A stretch of DNA of 64,000 bases from Octopus vulgaris (lineage: Eukaryota). Shown in pieces: positions 56,247 through 64,000 of the stretch (the first letter of the stretch is position 1; each line of letters begins with the position of its first letter). Below the pieces are notes generated by a model. It ran no database searches, was not told the origin of the DNA, and saw only the letters and a program-made list of their open reading frames with translations. The DNA lies in assembly GCA_951406725.2 (NCBI GenBank), contig OX597839.1, positions 20,708,001 through 20,772,000 on the forward strand. The letters run 5' to 3'. The translations under genes were made by a program, and so were the position numbers.

Positions 56247-56661
56247 GGATTTTTCGGTTTGAACGGCAGTTTTTTCTAGCGGTATCATATGAAATTGTCA
56301 CCCATAATTATGACCCTAGTATCGATCTATTGCATTGCAATCTGTTTTAGGGTTAGGGTTAGGGGTGGGGGGAAGGGTCTCTTTTCTTCAGAAATGTAAA
56401 TAAACCCAATTTGTTTCTTAAACAAGGGACATATTCACACGGCACAGAATGTTTTTTACCTCAATGAACGTCATTGATTGGTTGAAATTGCAGAAATTGA
56501 AGAAAAAAACCCAACAAATATCTTACAAACTATAGAATTTTCTCGATAAAGCCAAGAGAAAAAGATGTTTTATAAACACATTCTACCAGTATACGAAGTT
56601 TTAAATTTTTTTAGCTACCTAGAAATTATGTTAAAAACTGCCGTTCAGACCGAAAGGATCC
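56247..56661 (+). mobile_element. Second copy of the Merlin-like MITE
   Basis: Homologous to 4526-4937; TSD ataataac/ctaataac (7 of 8 match). Confidence 0.85.
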
Positions 56662-56834
56662 CTAATAACATTTGTAAACGTGTTTCCCTTCAGTAACATA
56701 TTTTCACATCCACTTCTCTCTCTCGCTTCTCGGATTTGAATTACTCCTTTGCTGTCCCCTTGTAATTTGGGTGAGCAGATACAGGACTTGACGCGGAGTT
56801 CTGTTTTAAGCACCCCCACCACCCCAAATAATCC

Positions 56835-57438
56835 CTTTCTTTTCACTTGTTTCAGTCATTTGACTGTGGCTATGCTGGAGCACCACTTTAAGGGAATTTA
56901 GTCGAACAAACTGACCCTCCCAAGTACCTATTCTATCGGTCTCCTTTGCTGAACTGCTACGTTATGGACACATAACACACCAACACCGGATGACAAGCTA
57001 AGGTGGGGGAAGAAATGCAGACACAAAAACAAACATACACGCATACACACACACACACACGCGCACACATGACAGGCTTCATTCAGTTTCCACCTACCAA
57101 ATCCACTCACAAGGCTTTGGTGAGCCCAAGGCTATAGTAGAAGACACTTGCCCAAGGTGCCACGCAGTGGGACTGAACATAGAACCATGTTTTTGGAAAA
57201 CAAACCTGTTACTGCACAGCCCCTCCTATAAACATATATATATATATATATTATATAATATGTGCGGTAAGTAGCTTGCTTACCAACCACATGGTTCTGA
57301 GTACGGGCCCAATGTGTGGGACTTTTGGCAAGTGTCTTCTACTATAGCCACAGGCTGACCAAAGCCTTGTCAGTGGATTTGGTAGACGGAAGGTGAAGGA
57401 AGTCCGTCTTATATATGTGTGTGTGTATATTATATATA

Positions 57439-57481
<43 letters not shown>

Positions 57482-57700
57482 GTGTGTGTATATGTTTGTG
57501 TGTCTGTGTTTCCCTCCACCCCCAACGTCGCTTGACAACCGATGCTGGTGTGTTTACATCCCCGTAACATAGCAGTTCGGCAAAAGAGACCGATATGATA
57601 AGTATTTGGCTTACAAAGAATAAGTCCTGGGGTCGATTTACTCATCTAAAGGCACTGCTCCAGCATGGCCGCAGTCAAATGACTGAAACAAGTAAAACAG
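56835..57700. mobile_element. Two divergently oriented family-A SINEs
   Basis: 56835-57227 (-) and 57263-57700 (+). Confidence 0.85.
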
Positions 57701-57899
57701 TATATGTATGTATGTATATATATCACGTGATCACGTGACCAACCAGGCTATCAGATGTTGCTACACATCGCTGGTCACAATGCGCTTCGCATTGTTTTAG
57801 CCTCCAAATGACGCCACACACATATATATATATATATATGTTAATTATAAAAGCACACATGCATACATAGATACAAATACGTTTGTGTGAGTGTGTATG

Positions 57900-57939
<40 letters not shown>

Positions 57940-58519
57940 TTTTAATGATCTTCACTGCATTAAATGAGAAGCATTGATTACTTTATGAAGTTTGGCTACA
58001 AATGCGAGATGGAAGCCCAAGGGACAAGACTGTGATTGTGTCTATGTCTATATACATACATACATATTTATATATATATATATATATATATATGAACATA
58101 TACATAGATCATCATCATCATCATCATCATCACGGCGCTAAATGATGATGACAGTTTGTATATATATATATATATATATATATGTTTGTGTGTGTATGTG
58201 TGTGTGTGTGTTAATGTGGCCCTCCCTCCTCACTTCCCCAAGCACACCTCATATATAATTTCTGTCGTTGCTTAATGAATTGTTCAGACATACAGTGGAA
58301 CCTGTTGTAATTATTCCTCATTTAAAAGGTCATCAGTTCACGAAGAGGGACAAATGCCACCCCGCTACCATTAAGAAATAAAAAAAAAAAAAAAAGAAAT
58401 GACAAAAACAAAAAGAAGAAAGAAAAATAAAAGACATCACTCCACCACCACCATGACCATCACCGCCAAAATTCATCACCAACGTCACCATCTTTCCTTC
58501 TCTTCACACCACCTGGCCA

Positions 58520-58930
58520 CCACCGCTACCACCAGCACCACCAAATCTCCCAATGTTGCCGCTACCCCCTCCGCCACCTCAACCACCACTGCCATCACCA
58601 CCACTGCCATCACCACCCGCCATACCATCATTTACAGCAATCACATAATTAACACACCACCACCGCTACCACCAGCACCACCACATCTCCCAATGTTGCC
58701 GCTACCCCCTCCGCCACCTCAACCACCACTGCCATCACCACCCGCCATACCATCATTTACAGCAATCACATAATTAACACACCACCACCGCTACCACCAG
58801 CACCACCACATCTCCCAATGTTGCCGCTACCCCCCTCCGCCACATCAACCACCACTGCCATCACCACCCGCCATACCATCATTTACAGCAATCACATAAT
58901 TAACACACCACCACCGCTACCACCAGCACC
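58520..58930. repeat. 3 x ~125-140-bp tandem repeat
   Basis: accaccgctaccaccagcaccacca.atctcccaatgttgccgctacccc...cagcaatcacataattaacacacc. Confidence 0.92.
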
Positions 58931-59753
58931 ACTACCTACCGGCAGCCTCACCATACCGGTACTACAACACTAACCCTGTTGCTGTCTGCTCTTCCGCCCC
59001 TACCACCACTGCGATTGCCATTTCTAACCATCATTATTTACTGGTGCTACCATTTATTATTGGTGGCACCGGTGCCGACAGCAGCACCACCACCACCATG
59101 ATTCTACACAACTACCACCAATACCACTACCACCACCACCACCACCACCACCACCACCACCACCCCCACCTCTGCTTTCACCTTAGTCGTTGGTCTCTTC
59201 ACCCCCCTTGTTACCACTTTATTATCGGCATCCCCTGATACGTCTAACCCCCACCGTCCGGCTTTAATCTTTAAATGCAACCCCTATCTCATATCTATCA
59301 CCCGTCATCATCATCATCATCATCACCATTGCCATCAGTCACCATCAATCACCACCACCAGTCATCAGCGCCGAAATCACCACCACCACCAATGTCACCA
59401 TCAATACCTCCAACGACATCGGCTTTAGCACCGCCACCACCACCACCACCACCACCAAAATTACCACAAGCACCATCACATCTACTAGCACCATCACCAC
59501 TGACACCACCACATCTACTAGCACCATCACCACTGACACCACCACATCTACTAGCACCATCACCACTACCCTCACCAACGTCACCATCAATACCCAAAGG
59601 ACATCAACACACCACTGTCACCACCACCACCACCACCACCACCACCACCAAAATTACCACAAACCCCATCACCACTAACACCACCACTGCTACTAGCACC
59701 ATCACCACTGCCAACACCACCACCACCACCACCACTACTGTCTGACCTGAGGC

Positions 59754-59785
<32 letters not shown>

Positions 59786-60004
59786 GAAAGTAATATTGAT
59801 TCAATACAGAGCTCCACTACCAAAGTTTGGCAGCAGATTAATAATGAAAACCTGCTCCTTTGACACAAATTATTATTTCCTTTACAAGTTCCCCCCACTC
59901 CCTCCTTTATACCCCCACCACCCACCCACCCGCCCCTCTTTTCTATTTCATGTGAATCATGATGTCTTTCACACACTTTCTCTTGTTGTTATTCACGCTG
60001 TATA

Positions 60005-60680
60005 AGGCAGCGTGGTGGCAGAACGGTTAGCATGCCGGCCGAAAATGTTTACTGGCATCTCGTCCCGTCTTTACACTGAGTTCAAATTCCTTTAACTTCA
60101 GTTTTGCCTTTCATCCTTTCGGGGTTGATAAAATGAGTTAACTGTTGGACACTGGTAACTTACCCTTACTCCCTGAAAACATTGGCTTTGTACCAGAAAC
60201 TGAAAGCCTCATCCACATCATGTAAACCAATGACCTGGCAGTTCTGAGTTCAAATTCCAGCAAGGTCGGCTTTGCCTTTCATCCTTTCGGGGTCGATAAA
60301 ATAAGTACCAGTTGAACACTGGGGGGGGCGATGTAATCAACTTACACTTACCTCCTGATATCGTTAGCCTTGTACCAGAATCTGAAAGCATTCACACCGT
60401 GTAAACCAGTGACCTGGCAGTTCTGAGTTCAAATTCCACCAAGGTCGGTTTTACCTTTTCATCCTTTTAGGGTCGATAAAATAAGTACCAGTTGAACACT
60501 GGTAACTTACACTTACCCCCTGAAATCATTAGTCTTGTACCAGAATCTGAAAGCATTATTCACACCGTGTAAACCAATAACCTGGCAGTTCTGAGTTCAA
60601 AATCCACCAAGGTCGGTTTTGCCTTTCATCCTTTCGGGGTCAATAAAATTAGTACCAGTTGAGTACTGGGGTCAGTCTAA
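60005..60680 (+). repeat. Tandem array of four family-B-related SINE bodies (~165-180 bp) behind one tRNA head
   Basis: ctgagttcaaa.tcc at about 60076, 60244, 60423 and 60591, each followed by gcctttcatcctttcgggg-like sequence. Confidence 0.88.
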
Positions 60681-60804
60681 TTGCAGGTGTGTATGTTGTG
60701 TTTACTCCTCTTGCTACTCTGAGTTTCTCAATTCATATATTTGTCTTTGTCACCAGAAATGATACACCGATGTATATTTTATGTGGCTTAAAGAATATAT
60801 GTGG

Positions 60805-61050
60805 AGGCGCAAGGGTCCAGTGGTTAGGGCAGTGGACTCATGGTCATAGGATCGAGGTTTCGATTCCCAGACCAGGCATTGTGAGTGTTTATTGAGCGAA
60901 AACACCTAAAGCTCTACGAGGCTCCGGCAGGGGATAGTGGTGAACCCTGCTGTACTCTTTCACCACAACTTTCTCTCACGCTTTCTTCCAGTTTCTGTTG
61001 TATCTGTATTCAAAGGGCCAGCCTTGTCACACTCTGTGTCATGCTGAATT
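60805..61050 (+). mobile_element. Family-D head and body joined to a family-C 3' module
   Basis: Head and body as at 55516, then gtattcaaagggccagccttgtcacactctgtgtcatgctgaat as in 12975-13280. Confidence 0.85.
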
Positions 61051-61071
61051 TATCAACAGCCAGTCATTAAT

Positions 61072-61116
61072 CTCACACTGAGGATGGGTAACCACCCAGA
61101 AACCATGGTCAGTGAG
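61072..61116 (+). ncRNA. Minimal type-I hammerhead ribozyme with a canonical core
   Basis: ctcac-a-CTGAGGA-tgggt aacc accca-GAAA-CCATGG-TC-a-gtgag: 5-bp stem II, palindromic stem III, GUC site after 61110, stem I with one A.A mismatch. Confidence 0.8.
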
Positions 61117-61397
61117 TATCAAGTGAGGCTGGAGATGGGAGCGATGACCTCCCTTGCAAACACTCTACGGACACAGACTGTGTATTGATAGCCAGCTGGA
61201 AAAGATGTTTTCCTGGGGCTTAAACAACAGTAATACCGTCCTCTATAGGACCACCACATTCTGATGGAAAATAAAATTTACTATATTGGTGAACCCAAAG
61301 CTGTGAATGAAGATACTTGCTTTAGGTGCCATATTTTGGAATCCAACCAAAAAACCATTGGATAGCAAAGCTAAAATTCTTAACATCATCCTCAAGC

Positions 61398-61429
<32 letters not shown>

Positions 61430-61635
61430 TTATGCATACATTTACATACATCTGGCATATAATTGGGTGAGGTGGGGGGGTACCCCCTCCTATTCTGTTG
61501 GTACTTTGCCCCCTCTAGCAATTTATAATTTTTGAAAATGAAGTAAATCTTAACTTAAAAGGTTAAAAAAAAAATGTCTAAAAAGATGGTGTACACACAT
61601 ATATGAACATATATATATAAGCATCTATATACATG

Positions 61636-61679
<44 letters not shown>

Positions 61680-61750
61680 GTTTGTGTGCATACATATATA
61701 CAGGCATCTATATATATATATATATATGTATATATATAAATATATATATA

Positions 61751-61794
<44 letters not shown>

Positions 61795-61828
61795 ATATGT
61801 GTATATATATATATATGTGTGTGTATAT

Positions 61829-61869
<41 letters not shown>

Positions 61870-61905
61870 TATATGTGTTATATATATATATAATATGTAT
61901 ATATG

Positions 61906-61936
<31 letters not shown>

Positions 61937-62006
61937 GTATATATGTATATATATAATATATATATATATATATGTATATATGTATATATATATATATATA
62001 TGTATA

Positions 62007-62073
<67 letters not shown>

Positions 62074-62477
62074 CATTATGTTTGTTTGTGTTTATCATAT
62101 CGTATATTAATTGTAAATATCTTTTTTTAAAGTTAATTTAAGAGTATCATAAACAAGCTTTTATTCTATCTTCTTAGCTTATTTTATCTTATACGCATGT
62201 GTATAAGGTTTTAAAGCCAATCTAAATACTGCAGCTGTATGTATGTCTGTGTTTATATATGTATATATATATATATATTTATGGTGTGTATTTTTGTATA
62301 TGTATATATATATATAGAGAGAGAGACAGGGTATAATATGCCTGTATATCTGCTGTGTTTGTGAATCTGTATGTGCAGATATATATATATATATGTATAT
62401 ATGCATATATATGCACATCTATATATGTGTGTGTGTGTGTATATATATATGTGTGTGTGTGTATATATATGCACATA

Positions 62478-62508
<31 letters not shown>

Positions 62509-62517
62509 GCACATATG

Positions 62518-62555
<38 letters not shown>

Positions 62556-62594
62556 TATGTATGTATGTATGTATATATATATATATATATATAC

Positions 62595-62643
<49 letters not shown>

Positions 62644-63563
62644 TAAATATGTATGTATATATATATATATGTAGATATATTTATATGCGTATATATATGT
62701 ATGTGTGTATATATATATATATATATGCACATATGTATGTATGTATATATATATATATATATATATGCACATATGTATGTATGTATATATGTATATATAT
62801 ATATATATATTTTTTATAGTAGTGTATTTATATATTTTATGTGTGTATATGAATAAAGTCAATTTGTGTGCAGTGTTATATAAAACGAATATAGACGGTT
62901 TAAGAAATCTTTGTGTGTGTGGAGTGGGGTTGTATGCTCATGTTTTGAAATTTTTGGTAAAAATAACAGAAATAATTTCTATGTCTAAGAAAAACACACA
63001 CACCACACACACACACATAATACATGAATACATACATATATACATAATGCACAAACACATCTACACACACACACACACAAGCGTAACACACAAACGGATG
63101 AATATCACAGACACATATGAACAGAGACACAAACACCGCACACAAATAGATTTTCAGTAAAAAGGGGTCAAAAGAAAATGTTCCCATCAATACATTACCA
63201 ATTTCTTAGGGGTCTAATTAAAATGCCATTTAATAAAACATATTTTTTAAAAATTTAGGCTTTTTAGAATTTTTAATTACATATACTTATTACATGTGTG
63301 TGTGTGTGTGTGTGTACAAGTAATTCTGAGTGGCATGTATTCGAAGAACAGACAAATAGAGGTATATCAAATACCATTCAATATATGTTTTTGATTTATT
63401 AAATATTATAACCGTTTCTTCCATCTGAAGAGAATGTATCTTGACAACAACATGGTATTTCTGATCAGCTCCACTTGAGAAGAAAAGATAACCTCAAGAT
63501 TCAAGAATTCTTCAAAGATGGCTTGCCATTAATTCTTTAGCATTCATATTGCTCTCTCAAAAA

Positions 63564-64000
63564 GGAGGCAAGCTGGCAGAAATGTTAGCACGCCGGGCGA
63601 GCGAAATGCTTAGGGGTATTTTGTCTGTCTTTACATTTTTGGGTTCAAATTCTGCCGAGTTCAACTTTGATTTTGTCCTTTTCAGGTTCGATAAATTAAG
63701 TACCAGTTATGCATTGGGGTCGATGTAATCGACTTAACCCCTTTGTCTGTCCTTGTTTGTCCCCTGTATGTTTTGGCCCTTGTGGGCAATAAAGAAATAA
63801 GAAATGTTAGCACGCCGTGCAAAATGCTTAGCGGTATTTCGTCTGCTGTGACGTTCAGAGTTCAAATACCGCCGAGGTCCACTTTGCCTTTCATCCTTTC
63901 AGGGTCAATAAATTAAGTACCAGTTACACACTGGGGTCGATATAATCGACTTAATCCATTTGTCTGTCCTTGTTTGTCCCCTCTGTGTGTAGCCCCTTGT
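63564..64000 (+). mobile_element. Family-B SINE dimer running off the window
   Basis: Two head-to-tail copies joined at aaagaaataagaaatgttagcacg (about 63790-63810). Confidence 0.88.

Noticed and set aside
57722-57740. Tandem CACGTG E-boxes as a regulatory site
   Set aside because: They sit in a short fragment between (TA)n tracts that looks repeat-derived, with no independent support.
60005-60680. CRISPR-like array or tRNA gene cluster
   Set aside because: The units are diverged SINE bodies with only B-box remnants.

Overview
A very repeat-rich, AT-rich eukaryotic window, most likely from an octopus (coleoid cephalopod) genome; this is inferred from the dense (TA)n/(CA)n/(TCTA)n/(CAC)n microsatellites and the tRNA-headed SINE families. 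Nearly all of the supplied ORFs are translations of microsatellites. Real content: at least four tRNA-derived SINE families (several multimeric, nested or chimeric), fragments of CR1-group, RTE and L1/Tx1-like LINEs, Tc1 and mariner transposase relics, Merlin-like, piggyBac-like and mariner MITEs, two Helitron-like elements, and a few small candidate minus-strand exons of an unidentified gene. The most striking signal is a set of short elements embedded in (TA)n, several of them fold-back hairpins, and about eight minimal type-I hammerhead-ribozyme-like motifs. These resemble Penelope-like-element pseudo-LTR remnants; one motif with a canonical core sits inside a SINE-headed composite at 61.07 kb. 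Family names rest on motif recognition by eye; no database search was run.
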